Source: Desulfobacteraceae bacterium UBA2156 (GTDB taxonomy: Bacteria; Desulfobacterota; Desulfobacteria; Desulfobacterales; UBA2156). Taken from it: a DNA stretch of 64,000 nucleotides. Below, one piece after another: positions 1-10,674 of the stretch; within the stretch, counting starts at the first letter, position 1; each line of letters opens with the position of its first letter. Both the position numbers and the translations under genes were made by a program. Where the stretch lies: contig DCWS01000052.1 of assembly GCA_002328165.1 (NCBI GenBank), positions 26,677 through 90,676 on the forward strand, written 5' to 3'. Below the pieces are notes generated by a model. It saw nothing but the letters and a program-made list of their open reading frames with translations. It was not told the DNA's origin and did not search any database.

Positions 1-873
<873 letters not shown>

Positions 874-881
874 TTATCTGT

Positions 882-1664
882 CTATTTTAACTCTGTTTCA
901 AACTCCTGGCCATCATCCAGTCGGACAACGACCCGGTTACAAATTACATTATGACGAATCACTTTGGCTTTCCCGCGGTCGGTTTCTACTGTATGACCAA
1001 TCTGGGGTAAACTGTTCCTGAGATGCCGGTAGGTTTCGTTTTCAAATGTAAGGCAGCACATCAATCGGCCGCACTGTCCTGATATTTTTGTAGGGTTTAG
1101 GGAAAGCCTCTGCTCCTTGGCCATACGGATGGAGACCGGTTCAAATTTTTCCAAAAAACTTGAGCAGCAGAGTTCACGGCCACATCTCCCGATGCCGCCA
1201 CACATCTTGGCCTGATTACGTATGCCCACTTGCCTCATCTCAATCCGCACCCTAAATTCTTTGACCAGCATCTTTACAAGCTGACGAAAATCAACCCGGC
1301 ACTCTGAAGTAAAAAAAAATGTCAGTTTGCTCCCATCAAATTCACTCCCAACGGAGAAAAGATTCATTTCAAGTCCAAGCTCTTTGATACAGAAAAGGCA
1401 GTAAGTGCGGGCGATTTTTTCGGAATTCAGATTTTTTTCTATTTGACGAAAATCTTTTTGGTTCGCTATCCGGTAAACCTTTTTTAAAGGCTTGTTTAAT
1501 AATTGCTCATCCCTCTGGGTCGGTTGAACCGCCACCACACCCAGACCAAGGCCCTGATCGGTTTCCGCGATCACTTTGTCCCCCTCATTGAGGACAAATG
1601 CGCCACAGTCAAAATTATAAACTTTACCGGTAGGTTTGAACCTTATTCCAACAATCTTTTTCAT
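882..1664 (-). CDS. PSP1 domain / RicT (YaaT) family protein
   Basis: Motifs RVDFRQLVK, IEMRQVGIR, GGIGRCGRELCC and KISGQCGRLMCCL; usual position between holB and metG. Confidence 0.9.
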   Translation of the reverse strand: MKKIVGIRFKPTGKVYNFDCGAFVLNEGDKVIAETDQGLGLGVVAVQPTQRDEQLLNKPLKKVYRIANQKDFRQIEKNLNSEKIARTYCLFCIKELGLEMNLFSVGSEFDGSKLTFFFTSECRVDFRQLVKMLVKEFRVRIEMRQVGIRNQAKMCGGIGRCGRELCCSSFLEKFEPVSIRMAKEQRLSLNPTKISGQCGRLMCCLTFENETYRHLRNSLPQIGHTVETDRGKAKVIRHNVICNRVVVRLDDGQEFETELK

Positions 1665-1665
1665 T

Positions 1666-2706
1666 CTAATTAGTTACAAGCCTTAGGAACATTACCTCTA
1701 ACGCCAGTCTTGTATTTGCGTTTGCCCGGATATCTTTCTCTGCAACCTCAATGGCTTTAATTTTTGAGATGAGTGATTCAAGATCTATCTGTTGTGAAGC
1801 ATATTGAATTTTTTGGGTCAAGTCTTTGTTTATGATTAATTTGGGGTTAAACTTCCAGATGACAAGATCCCTCAGCCATATTTTCATGACCTCCAAAAAG
1901 TCCGGGAGGTTTTTCTTATTTTTTGACAATCGTTCTGCAAACGCCAACAATGAAGCGACGGGTCTCGAGGAAAGTGACGCCGGGGCGTCTAAACCACTGT
2001 CATGTATCAACCATTTTCTCTGGTTTATCCAGTATTTCAGATTCGCAGGCTTTATCATTGAAAGCGCTTTGGATAAACTTCCGTTTGCCATTGATGCAAT
2101 AATGACCGCGTCTTCATCGGAGAGGGCATCTGATTTTGCCAGAAAGGTTTCAAGACTTTTTCTTGAAATCGGTTGAAACCGGATATGGAGGCAGCGCGAA
2201 ACCACGGTCGGAAGAAGATCGGTTGTCTGCGTGGCGGTGAGAATCAAAATGGTGTGGGCGGGCGGTTCTTCTAGAATCTTAAGTAGCGCGTTTCCTGCCT
2301 CAGGATTCATTGCCTGTGCATCTGATATGATAACCACACGTGTTCTAGCCTCGTAAGGCTTTAAGGCGAGTGTCTGGCAAAGAGAACGAATTTGAGCGAT
2401 TCGGATTACCGCGCGAACCGGTTTAATTAAAATAACATCCGGGTGCCTCTCTGATTCGATTCTTCTGCAGGTGTTGCAGCAGCCACAGGGTGATTGTTGC
2501 AGAGGGATTTTTGTGTCGTGTTCTTTTTTGTTGGTAATATTTTCGGTACAATTGCAGGCCATGGCAAAAACCATGGCTGTCATTCGTTTACCTACGCCTT
2601 CAATCCCTGTAAAAAGAAGGGCGTGTGGCATGGCCCTTCTATGAAGGAAGGTGGTTAATATGCGGATCGGTTGTTTTTGATCTAAAATGGATTCAAAACC
2701 ACGCAC
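1666..2706 (-). CDS. holB: DNA polymerase III subunit delta'
   Basis: HALLFTGIEGVGK, Zn-binding CGCCNTC, HPDV, AGNALLKILEEPP and LLPTVVSRC. Confidence 0.95.
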   Translation of the reverse strand: MRGFESILDQKQPIRILTTFLHRRAMPHALLFTGIEGVGKRMTAMVFAMACNCTENITNKKEHDTKIPLQQSPCGCCNTCRRIESERHPDVILIKPVRAVIRIAQIRSLCQTLALKPYEARTRVVIISDAQAMNPEAGNALLKILEEPPAHTILILTATQTTDLLPTVVSRCLHIRFQPISRKSLETFLAKSDALSDEDAVIIASMANGSLSKALSMIKPANLKYWINQRKWLIHDSGLDAPASLSSRPVASLLAFAERLSKNKKNLPDFLEVMKIWLRDLVIWKFNPKLIINKDLTQKIQYASQQIDLESLISKIKAIEVAEKDIRANANTRLALEVMFLRLVTN

Positions 2707-2710
2707 GAAT

Positions 2711-2986
2711 CTAGTAATTTACACGTTCTTTTAATTCTTTTCCGGATTTGAAAAAGGGGAGTTTTTTACTATGTATGGCAACTTTTTTACCTGTTTTGGG
2801 ATTTCTTCCCGTATAACTTTTGTAATTTTTGATGAAAATACTGCATAATCCACGAATTTCAACTCGCTCCCCTATGACCAATGCGTCTGTCATCGATTCG
2901 AGAAATATCTGGACCACCTTTGCTGCCTCTAATTTTGAGATGCCAGCTTCTTTTTTCAAAGCAGAGATCAGCTCCAATTTGTTCAT
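2711..2986 (-). CDS. integration host factor beta / HU family DNA-binding protein
   Basis: 91 aa with MNKLELI, RVEIRG, GRNPKTG and LPFFKSGKELKERV. Confidence 0.9.
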   Translation of the reverse strand: MNKLELISALKKEAGISKLEAAKVVQIFLESMTDALVIGERVEIRGLCSIFIKNYKSYTGRNPKTGKKVAIHSKKLPFFKSGKELKERVNY

Positions 2987-3067
2987 ACATCCTCCTTTCC
3001 AAAATAACAGGCGGATATTTGGATCACTTGAAGGTCTAGTAACATAATCTAATAAGAAGTCAAGTGG

Positions 3068-3595
3068 TTATGATAGTATTTCCGGGAGTTTTTCAATATC
3101 CTCTTCGCCAACATCCACGCAGGCAAACTGATCAAGTGCCTTAATATTAACAATGACCCGTCCTTTTCCCTTGTAATGAACAAAGGTTCCGGTAACACCG
3201 GCCAAGGGACCGACCACCACCATTACTTTATCCCCTTTTTGAAGTCGAGTACCGGTTATAACAGGTTTGTCCACGCGCACCATGATTTTTAATGACTCGA
3301 TGGCCTCAGAAGGAACATCAATAGGACCGTCCCGGTTACCGATCAAACGGACTGCTCCCACGGTTTTTACAATTTCAATGTGTTCATAGGGGTCCAAATC
3401 GGTTTTTACAAATAGGTACCCGGGAAAAAGGGGAACACGAATCAGAAGTTTCCTGTCCTGTCGTCGGCTACTCACCTGGATTTTTGGAAGAAAAACCTCC
3501 ATGGACTTTTTGATCAAACCTTCGTTAACCACATTTTCAAACCTACTCTTGGTATGCAGGACATACCAGGATCGAGGGTATGTGTCTGATTTCAT
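3068..3595 (-). CDS. NusG paralog, UpxY/RfaH-type transcription antiterminator
   Basis: NGN domain (WYVLHTKSRFE, PLFPGYLFV) plus KOW domain (GDKVMVVVGPLAGVTG). Confidence 0.88.
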   Translation of the reverse strand: MKSDTYPRSWYVLHTKSRFENVVNEGLIKKSMEVFLPKIQVSSRRQDRKLLIRVPLFPGYLFVKTDLDPYEHIEIVKTVGAVRLIGNRDGPIDVPSEAIESLKIMVRVDKPVITGTRLQKGDKVMVVVGPLAGVTGTFVHYKGKGRVIVNIKALDQFACVDVGEEDIEKLPEILS

Positions 3596-4176
3596 TTTTG
3601 ACCACGTCGAGGTTGCAGGGCGCTATAAATGGCCTGCATAATCATGTGAACAAGGATCATGTGAATATCTTCAATCTTTTGCATGTCATCAACTTTTGCT
3701 ACAAACGAAACATCGACCATTCGTGCGAGTTTTCCTCCTGAAAACCCCGAAAATCCAATGGTATGTCCATTGTTTTGTTTTGCATGGTGTATTGCTTTGA
3801 TAACATTTTCCGAATTACCGCTCCCTGAGATACCGATGACGAGATCCCCTGGGTTGAGGAAATTTTTCAACTGTTCCACGAAGACAACATCATATGAGAC
3901 ATCATTCGCAAAAGCTAGGAGGGTCGGGATGTTATCGTTTAAGCAGATCATTTTGATTTTTTTTTCAAGATTGGTGCAGCACCCCTTGTTGAGATCACAT
4001 GCAAAGTGTGAGGCTGTCGATGCACTCCCCCCATTGCCCATGGTGAAAATTTGTTTTTCATCCTCATAAGCGTTCAAAACAAGATTGACTATTTTTTCAA
4101 ACTGTCCCAGGTTGAAATTGTCAAGGACTTCTTTTAATTCAGTGAGATACTGTTTTGCAGCGTATGGAATATTCAT
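3592..4176 (-). CDS. gmhA: sedoheptulose-7-phosphate isomerase (SIS domain)
   Basis: GNGGSASTASHF, AFAND, GISGSGNSENV and EDIH motifs. Confidence 0.88.
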   Translation of the reverse strand: MNIPYAAKQYLTELKEVLDNFNLGQFEKIVNLVLNAYEDEKQIFTMGNGGSASTASHFACDLNKGCCTNLEKKIKMICLNDNIPTLLAFANDVSYDVVFVEQLKNFLNPGDLVIGISGSGNSENVIKAIHHAKQNNGHTIGFSGFSGGKLARMVDVSFVAKVDDMQKIEDIHMILVHMIMQAIYSALQPRRGQK

Positions 4177-4177
4177 A

Positions 4178-5311
4178 TCAGCTTATAATCCTTCGAATAA
4201 TCTGATGCTTTTTCATTTGTTTTTCAGCATATGAAAGTATATTGTTCATCTGTTTTTGGGCGTTAATAAATTTCCAATACGCCCCAATACTCTCTTCAAT
4301 ACCATGTGTTGGTTTCCAGCCGATTGATTTTAACCGGTTTGTGTCTGAAAAACTGTGTCTTGTATCGCCGTATCGATAATATCCTGAGACGATTGGCTCT
4401 TTTTTCTTACCCACTACCCGCTCCATGGTATGATAAAAATCAGCCACTGTCCAAGCCTTGTCTCCCCCTACGTTAAACACTCTATAGTCGGCATCTTCAT
4501 GTTTCAGCACCAAAAGGTTTGCATTCACAACGTCTTTGATATTAATAAAATCCCTTATCTGCTTTCCATCTTCAAAGATGATCGGTCTTTTGTCAAAAAA
4601 AAGAGAAAGGGCAAAGATACGCATCGCTCCGGAATAGGCATTATAAAATGACTGCCTGGGACCTTGAACGATAGAGTATCGCATAACGACTGATGGAATT
4701 TGATATCGCTTTCCGAGCTGTAAAGCGATCTGTTCCTGGGAATACTTTGAAATGGCATATTGATTACAGGCGTTTATGACCGATTCATCCGATGGCATCC
4801 ACTGCAATGAGTGTCGGCATTTTGGGCATCGATGATCCCATTCACCCCTTGACAGCTCCCTTGCCAACCGTATCTGGGGATAAAAAATGTGGTTATTGTT
4901 TTTAGAACATGGAAGGCATCGGTACTTTCCTTCTCCCATGACCGCTTGACTCGCCGCAACAATAACTTTTCTTATTTTTGATTCAAGTTTTTCTTCCACA
5001 ATGATTTCATAAAGAAGCGCGGTAGAGACGGTATTGATGCGAAAAAAAGTTGAAAAATCGGTAAGATAATCCTGATATGCGGCGAAATGATATACCGCTT
5101 CAACCCCCTTCAATGCCTTTTGCCAGGTGCTTTTATCGGTGACATCACCCTGAATAAATTCTGCTTTATCGTTTAAAAAATCAGGCTTTCCTTTGGGATG
5201 AATCTTTTTTTGGAGATTATCCAGAATTCTGACCCCGTATCCCTTTTTGATGAGGGCATCCGTCGTATGAGAGCCGATAAATCCAGCTCCACCTGTGACC
5301 AGTATTTTCAA
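4178..5311 (-). CDS. NAD-dependent nucleotide-sugar epimerase/dehydratase (extended SDR)
   Basis: GGAGFIG Rossmann motif, YAISK catalytic motif, RDFI. Probable TTG start at 5311 with an AGGA RBS. Contains a CxxC...CxxC insert. Confidence 0.88.
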   Translation of the reverse strand: MKILVTGGAGFIGSHTTDALIKKGYGVRILDNLQKKIHPKGKPDFLNDKAEFIQGDVTDKSTWQKALKGVEAVYHFAAYQDYLTDFSTFFRINTVSTALLYEIIVEEKLESKIRKVIVAASQAVMGEGKYRCLPCSKNNNHIFYPQIRLARELSRGEWDHRCPKCRHSLQWMPSDESVINACNQYAISKYSQEQIALQLGKRYQIPSVVMRYSIVQGPRQSFYNAYSGAMRIFALSLFFDKRPIIFEDGKQIRDFINIKDVVNANLLVLKHEDADYRVFNVGGDKAWTVADFYHTMERVVGKKKEPIVSGYYRYGDTRHSFSDTNRLKSIGWKPTHGIEESIGAYWKFINAQKQMNNILSYAEKQMKKHQIIRRIIS

Positions 5312-5357
5312 AGTATTCCTTTTCCAGATTATAGATCGCCCCATCGGGGTGATCTGT

Positions 5358-6353
5358 TCATTTACTTGAATAAGCCCTGTCGTCGAAGATAACTTTACTC
5401 CCGCTTTCTTCAAGCATAAAAGGGAGTTCCCGGTATTCTTTGAGGGCGCTGAACACTGCGTTCTGCTTTTCCCTTAAAACGATAAAAAGCAAAAAGCCAC
5501 CTCCGCCCGCGCCGGCAATCTTTCCCGCGAGTGCACCTGCATTTTTGGCCATATTGTACATCTTTTGTATTTTAGTGTTAGAAATATTGGTCGCCATCTG
5601 TTGTTTCAATTTCCAATTAAGGTCCATGAGCATGCCACATTCTTTGATATCTTCTTTCTTCAGCGCTTTTTTAAACGGCTCTACGAGTGACACCATCTTT
5701 TCCATGGTCTTAAATTTCTTGCCTGACAGGAGATTCTTTTCTTGGTTGGAAAGTATCTTATCCGCACTTCGGGAGATACCCGTATAATAAAGAAGCAGTG
5801 AAGAGGCAAACTTTCGTTTTGCGGAACTTCCCATTTTTACGGGCGTTCGTTTTGTCGTTTTGGTGGGAGAAAACGTGAATTGATTGACACCTCCGAAGGC
5901 AGCAGCGTACTGATCTTGTCTTCCAATCGGTTTTTTCAGGATGTCGATTTCTATCCGGCACGCATCCATCGCCAAACGTTCTGCCGTGACCAGGATGTTT
6001 TGATATGTATAGAGGGCATGCAAAAGTGCTACCGTGATTGAGCTTGAACTCCCCAAACCCGATCCGGTTGAAGGGATATCTGCCAGCGTTGTAATTTCAA
6101 TCCCTTTGCTAACACCGGCCATTTTCATCGCTTCGCGAACGAGATCATGTTGAATTTTGTCGACATGGTCGGCACATTCTTTTTCGGAATAGTTGATATA
6201 GATCATATCGTCAAAGCGTTCTTTGACAATCGCATAGACGAACTTGTCGATTGCCGAACAAAGTACCATTCCATCTTTTTTAACATAGAACGCCTTCATG
6301 TCTGAACCGCCGCCGACAAAGCTTAGTCGGAGGGGGGTTTTTGTGATAATCAT
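5358..6353 (-). CDS. hddA: GHMP kinase, HddA-like (D-glycero-alpha-D-manno-heptose-7-phosphate kinase)
   Basis: TPLRLSFVGGGSD, GSGLGSSSS, GRQDQYAAAFGG and GAGGGG; next to gmhA. Confidence 0.75.
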   Translation of the reverse strand: MIITKTPLRLSFVGGGSDMKAFYVKKDGMVLCSAIDKFVYAIVKERFDDMIYINYSEKECADHVDKIQHDLVREAMKMAGVSKGIEITTLADIPSTGSGLGSSSSITVALLHALYTYQNILVTAERLAMDACRIEIDILKKPIGRQDQYAAAFGGVNQFTFSPTKTTKRTPVKMGSSAKRKFASSLLLYYTGISRSADKILSNQEKNLLSGKKFKTMEKMVSLVEPFKKALKKEDIKECGMLMDLNWKLKQQMATNISNTKIQKMYNMAKNAGALAGKIAGAGGGGFLLFIVLREKQNAVFSALKEYRELPFMLEESGSKVIFDDRAYSSK

Positions 6354-6406
6354 AATTATTACCCCAAAAGGCTTTTTGTTTTAGAAATGACGCCCTTCCT
6401 GTCCGA

Positions 6407-6432
6407 ATGAGATTTCATTATGAGATTTCATT
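6407..6432. repeat. exact 13-bp tandem duplication ATGAGATTTCATT x2
   Basis: Seen directly between lptD and hddA; each unit is a near-palindrome. Confidence 0.8.
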
Positions 6433-6460
6433 GACCAAAAGTGTTTTTATGAAAAAAGAT

Positions 6461-8890
6461 TTAGTGCGGCAACGGCACGCTGATAATTTCATCGGCATAG
6501 CTGGTACTAAATCCACCTAGACCCAAAAGGTTGATGGAAATCGAATAGGTTTGGTCATCTGCACTATCGGTATATCGGAAACCTACCGACCAGCATTGCG
6601 CCTTATATACCAGTCCAAATCCTTTGAGTATATCTTCATCCTCATATAGGTTACGCTCGTACTCAAAAAGTGCCGCGATGCGATTTGAAAGGCTAAAAAA
6701 AAGCTCGGCATAAATCGATTTTTTGCCATCCTTTGTATCTTCGCTTGAATCGCGGGTATACCGATGTCTCAGAAGCAGTTTATCTCCCCGTTTGTCCGAC
6801 AATTTTAGACCGACGCTGCTCGATAGAAGATCACTCTCATAGGGGGACCAAGTTGTATCAGCTTCAATGGAAAAATATTTTAAGGGTTTGATATCAAGCT
6901 CAGCTTGTATGTCGGAGAAGGGTTTTTTTTCTTCTTTATCTTCATCGTTTGCCTCATTGATGTCGTAACTCTGGCTCAGCTCGAAACGCAAAAATTCCTG
7001 GTATGAATAGTCGGTTGTCCCATCTTCTTTTTCAGTTGGTTCGGGTGCCCTTGAGGTAAATGTGTTGGTAATAGAATAGGAGAGGATGTTGTTTTTCCCG
7101 ATTCGATCCGATCCGTCAAATTCGGGGAGGTCATCCTGGTCCTTTTCAGGGGTAAAACTGTAGCTGACTCCTGGGCTTATACTATGTTTAATCTTGTCGA
7201 TACCTTTTCCCTTGATGCCGAAAATTTTATATATCTCGGTCGAAAGATTGACCTTTGTGTCATAAATCTCTCTGGTCCGGGTTTTATCCTGTTCTGTATC
7301 TTTATCCTCAAATTCGTCAATCTGCCACACGGTCTCTCGCAAACCGATTGAAGATTGGAGGGTGAAATAGTTTTTTACGCTGAGCGGTAGGGAAAACCTT
7401 GGATAGAGATCGATCCGGTGACCTCTCAAACCCTCTTCACGATAGAAATGGTTGTATTCTGAAGTCATTTCAAAATAAAAAGATGTATCAAAAAGCCGGT
7501 TTTTTGATACATCGAATCCAATGAATGGAAGATATTGAAGCGTCTTATCCGGCTCTTCCGGCGTGAGTGTTCTGCGAATCACATCATCATACCAACGAAA
7601 ATCGGTATTGAGGCTGCTTTTTTCCCAACTTCTTGCAAAATTAAGCCTGTTGCGCCTTGTTGTGTCACCGTAATCGTCAATTGCTCTCCCAAAATCCTGT
7701 TCAAAATAATCCCTTGTTCGCTCAAATCCGGTGTATCCGGTTCTAAACTCATGGAGGTAATCCTGATCACTGACAATGTCCAAATCAAGTTTTGCCGTAA
7801 AATCCAAAGGTAACCCCTGGTCATGTTTGAATCGGAACCAATAACGATCATGGTTGGGCCGCAGGAAACTGTCATCTTCGAATCCCCATTTACTGCTCGA
7901 ATCTCCGGTTCCATCATCCACTTTTCTATCATCTAAAAAATCAAACATCAATGTTCCTTTTGATCGATCACTGAGGATGTATCGGTATTCCAGGCCCATT
8001 TTTTCACCCCGGTGTTCCATGTGGTTTAGGTAGAAGGTTGCATCTGAACTTTCATTTATGGCCCAGAAATATGGCTGGGTGTATTCAGTCCCTTTTCGAT
8101 CTGATAATGTAAACTGGGGGGTTAATAATCCGGACTGGCGCCGAAGTTTTACGGGGAACACCATCAAAGGGCTGTAGAAAACAGGGATGTTTTTGGTCCA
8201 CATAACAGCATTGGTAATGATACCATAACCTTGTAACGTAACCTTAGCGTTTCTTCCTGTTAATTTCCAAACGGGATTATCGCCGTCACAGGCTGAGATG
8301 CTGGCTTTTTGAGCGGTGTAAGACTTTTTACCGGCTTTTTTAATCTTTTCTCCTTTGATATAATAATGATTTCTTTTCAAAAATACGGTTCCATCGTATA
8401 TGGTTCCAGTTTCAGACTTCAGGTCCATTTCCATACGGTTTCCGGTCAGCGTATCTTCTCCTGCCGTCATCATCACATTTCCTATTGCAAATACCCTCAT
8501 GGTTTTTTGATCAAAACGAACAAAATCGGCCGTGAGTTTTGTGCCATTTCGGGTAATCGACACATTCCCTTTGCCGAGGTATTGCTCAGTATCCTTATCG
8601 AAAGAGATATCATCCGCTTGGATATGCCAGGATGCCATCGGGCTTTTTGGGTTGGAATCAATCGGTTGATCATCTTCTTTTCCCGACACCCAAAGAGGGT
8701 TTACAATAAAAGTAAGTAAGACAAATACTAGCGCAGCGGATGTTGTCCGAACGTCAAAAAAAAATTTAGAGGATGAAATATCCGATGTCCTATCCCTGCC
8801 GACCGGGCTTATGTAGTTTTTTTGTGATCGATGATCGTACCTAAAAACAGACATGGTGAATGATTGAACCATAAAAAGGCTGTGAGGCAA
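6461..8890 (-). CDS. lptD: LPS assembly outer-membrane protein LptD
   Basis: OstA-like N-terminal domain (IQADDISFD, SACDGDNPVWK), RQSGLLTP, PYFWAI, beta-barrel C-terminus ending YKAQCWS. The true start may be further downstream. Confidence 0.9.
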   Translation of the reverse strand: MPHSLFMVQSFTMSVFRYDHRSQKNYISPVGRDRTSDISSSKFFFDVRTTSAALVFVLLTFIVNPLWVSGKEDDQPIDSNPKSPMASWHIQADDISFDKDTEQYLGKGNVSITRNGTKLTADFVRFDQKTMRVFAIGNVMMTAGEDTLTGNRMEMDLKSETGTIYDGTVFLKRNHYYIKGEKIKKAGKKSYTAQKASISACDGDNPVWKLTGRNAKVTLQGYGIITNAVMWTKNIPVFYSPLMVFPVKLRRQSGLLTPQFTLSDRKGTEYTQPYFWAINESSDATFYLNHMEHRGEKMGLEYRYILSDRSKGTLMFDFLDDRKVDDGTGDSSSKWGFEDDSFLRPNHDRYWFRFKHDQGLPLDFTAKLDLDIVSDQDYLHEFRTGYTGFERTRDYFEQDFGRAIDDYGDTTRRNRLNFARSWEKSSLNTDFRWYDDVIRRTLTPEEPDKTLQYLPFIGFDVSKNRLFDTSFYFEMTSEYNHFYREEGLRGHRIDLYPRFSLPLSVKNYFTLQSSIGLRETVWQIDEFEDKDTEQDKTRTREIYDTKVNLSTEIYKIFGIKGKGIDKIKHSISPGVSYSFTPEKDQDDLPEFDGSDRIGKNNILSYSITNTFTSRAPEPTEKEDGTTDYSYQEFLRFELSQSYDINEANDEDKEEKKPFSDIQAELDIKPLKYFSIEADTTWSPYESDLLSSSVGLKLSDKRGDKLLLRHRYTRDSSEDTKDGKKSIYAELFFSLSNRIAALFEYERNLYEDEDILKGFGLVYKAQCWSVGFRYTDSADDQTYSISINLLGLGGFSTSYADEIISVPLPH

Positions 8891-9103
8891 AGGTTACAAG
8901 ATAATTTCTTGAACACGAATGGAATCTCCTGTATAAAATCAACTCAAATGGAAAAGTCAAGATGTAGTTATCCGCTGTTATCCTTTAATGATAATGGTGC
9001 CTTGACACATCGTTTTATCGTCAAGCTTTAAATACGAACCCATATTTGTTTCTTCAGTCGATCATTTAACCGAGGGAAAATAATTAAGAGCAGGAATAAA
9101 AAA

Positions 9104-9883
9104 GTGGATATTTTATTAACCAATGATGACGGAATTTATGCTGTGGGATTGCAGGCACTTTATAAACGGCTTGCGAAAAGGCATTTTGTTACTGTTGTCG
9201 CTCCTGAAGGTGAACGGAGCGCAGTGAGCCATGCCATAACGCTTCATGAACCTCTTCGGGCAAAAATGATCGAAGTCAACGGGGGATTTACAGGGCATGC
9301 TGTCAATGGAACACCGGCCGATTGCATCAAACTGGGTATTAGAGAACTACTCGATGCCAAACCGGATATGGTGATTGCGGGGATCAATCCGGGTGCGAAT
9401 ATCGGAATGAATATCAATTATTCGGGAACCGTGTCTGCAGCAAAGGAGGCGGGTTTATGGGGAATACCTGCAATCGCCGTCTCGAGGCAAAGGTGTGATT
9501 TGCAGCAGTATGACGATGTGGCTATTTTTATAGAGGCGCTGGCCGATCACGTTTTTGAAAAGGGATTGCCAAATGGAACGATCTTAAACGTGAATTTTCC
9601 AGGTATCCCCGTTTCAAAGACATCTGGTGTCCGGATAAGTCGGCAGGAGACCGCACATTTTCCTGAATATTTTGAGAAAAGAGTCGATCCGCGAAACGGT
9701 GTATACTACTGGCAAGGTTGTGATTCTCTTACCGCTTTTGAGAATCCCGATGGTGATCAAGCCGCTATATGCCAAAATTTTATTTCTATCACTCCGATTA
9801 AATGCGATATGACCGATTACAATACCATTGAAAGTCTCAAAAAATGGTATAAAGAAAAAGGGAAAAAAGTCCGAGATACCTGA
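9104..9883 (+). CDS. surE: 5'/3'-nucleotidase SurE
   Basis: ILLTNDDG, GTPADC, GINPGAN and YSGTVSAA. Confidence 0.95.
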   Translation: MDILLTNDDGIYAVGLQALYKRLAKRHFVTVVAPEGERSAVSHAITLHEPLRAKMIEVNGGFTGHAVNGTPADCIKLGIRELLDAKPDMVIAGINPGANIGMNINYSGTVSAAKEAGLWGIPAIAVSRQRCDLQQYDDVAIFIEALADHVFEKGLPNGTILNVNFPGIPVSKTSGVRISRQETAHFPEYFEKRVDPRNGVYYWQGCDSLTAFENPDGDQAAICQNFISITPIKCDMTDYNTIESLKKWYKEKGKKVRDT

Positions 9884-9999
9884 TCCAGAAAGCAGAGGGC
9901 AATCGCTAGATGTTTTTAAACAAAATAGACATCACTCCAGATTGTTTAGCCGGTCAGGACCATAGGGAAAACTGAAGTTTAAAACCCGGGTTTGCATAG

Positions 10000-10635
10000 A
10001 TGCTGATTACGTTTGAGGGAATAGAAGGGTCCGGTAAAACAACACAGATCAAACATGTTGCCCGTTTTTTAAATGAAAAAGGGCATAACTGTATTATAAC
10101 AAGAGAACCTGGAGGGACGGAGATTGGAAAAAAGATCCGTTCGATTTTACTCAATCCCAAAAGCAAAGGGATCGACCCGCTTTCCGAGTTTTTCTTGTAT
10201 GCAGCTGATCGCGCCCAGCACCTCAAAGAGGTTGTTAACCCTTGCCTGTCATTGAAAAAAACAGTTTTATGTGATCGTTTTTTTGATGCAACAGTTGTTT
10301 ATCAAGGGTTTGCAAGGGGGCTCGATCTGGAACTCATACATCGGGTTCATCGTTTAATTCTCCAGGATTTGAGACCTGATATTACGATTCTGCTTGATCT
10401 TCCACCTGAAATAGGGCTTTCGAGGGCCTGGGGCCAGATCAAAAACGGAACAAGGGTCGGTTTTGAAACGCGGTTTGAGAATGAAAAACTGGTATTTCAT
10501 GAAACAGTCAGGTCGGGTTACCTCAAGCTTGCCAGCCTTGAACCACAACGGTTTAAAGTCGTTAGTGCGGTTCCGGATGAAAACCAGGTTCGCGATGATG
10601 TCATCAAGGTGGTAAACAGGTATCTAGGGAGGTAA
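10000..10635 (+). CDS. tmk: thymidylate kinase
   Basis: ITFEGIEGSGKTT, TREPGGT, LCDRF and YQG. Confidence 0.96.
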   Translation: MLITFEGIEGSGKTTQIKHVARFLNEKGHNCIITREPGGTEIGKKIRSILLNPKSKGIDPLSEFFLYAADRAQHLKEVVNPCLSLKKTVLCDRFFDATVVYQGFARGLDLELIHRVHRLILQDLRPDITILLDLPPEIGLSRAWGQIKNGTRVGFETRFENEKLVFHETVRSGYLKLASLEPQRFKVVSAVPDENQVRDDVIKVVNRYLGR

Positions 10636-10674
10636 TTTTTTCATATTATTTGATAGAACCGGGTTAAAAATATC

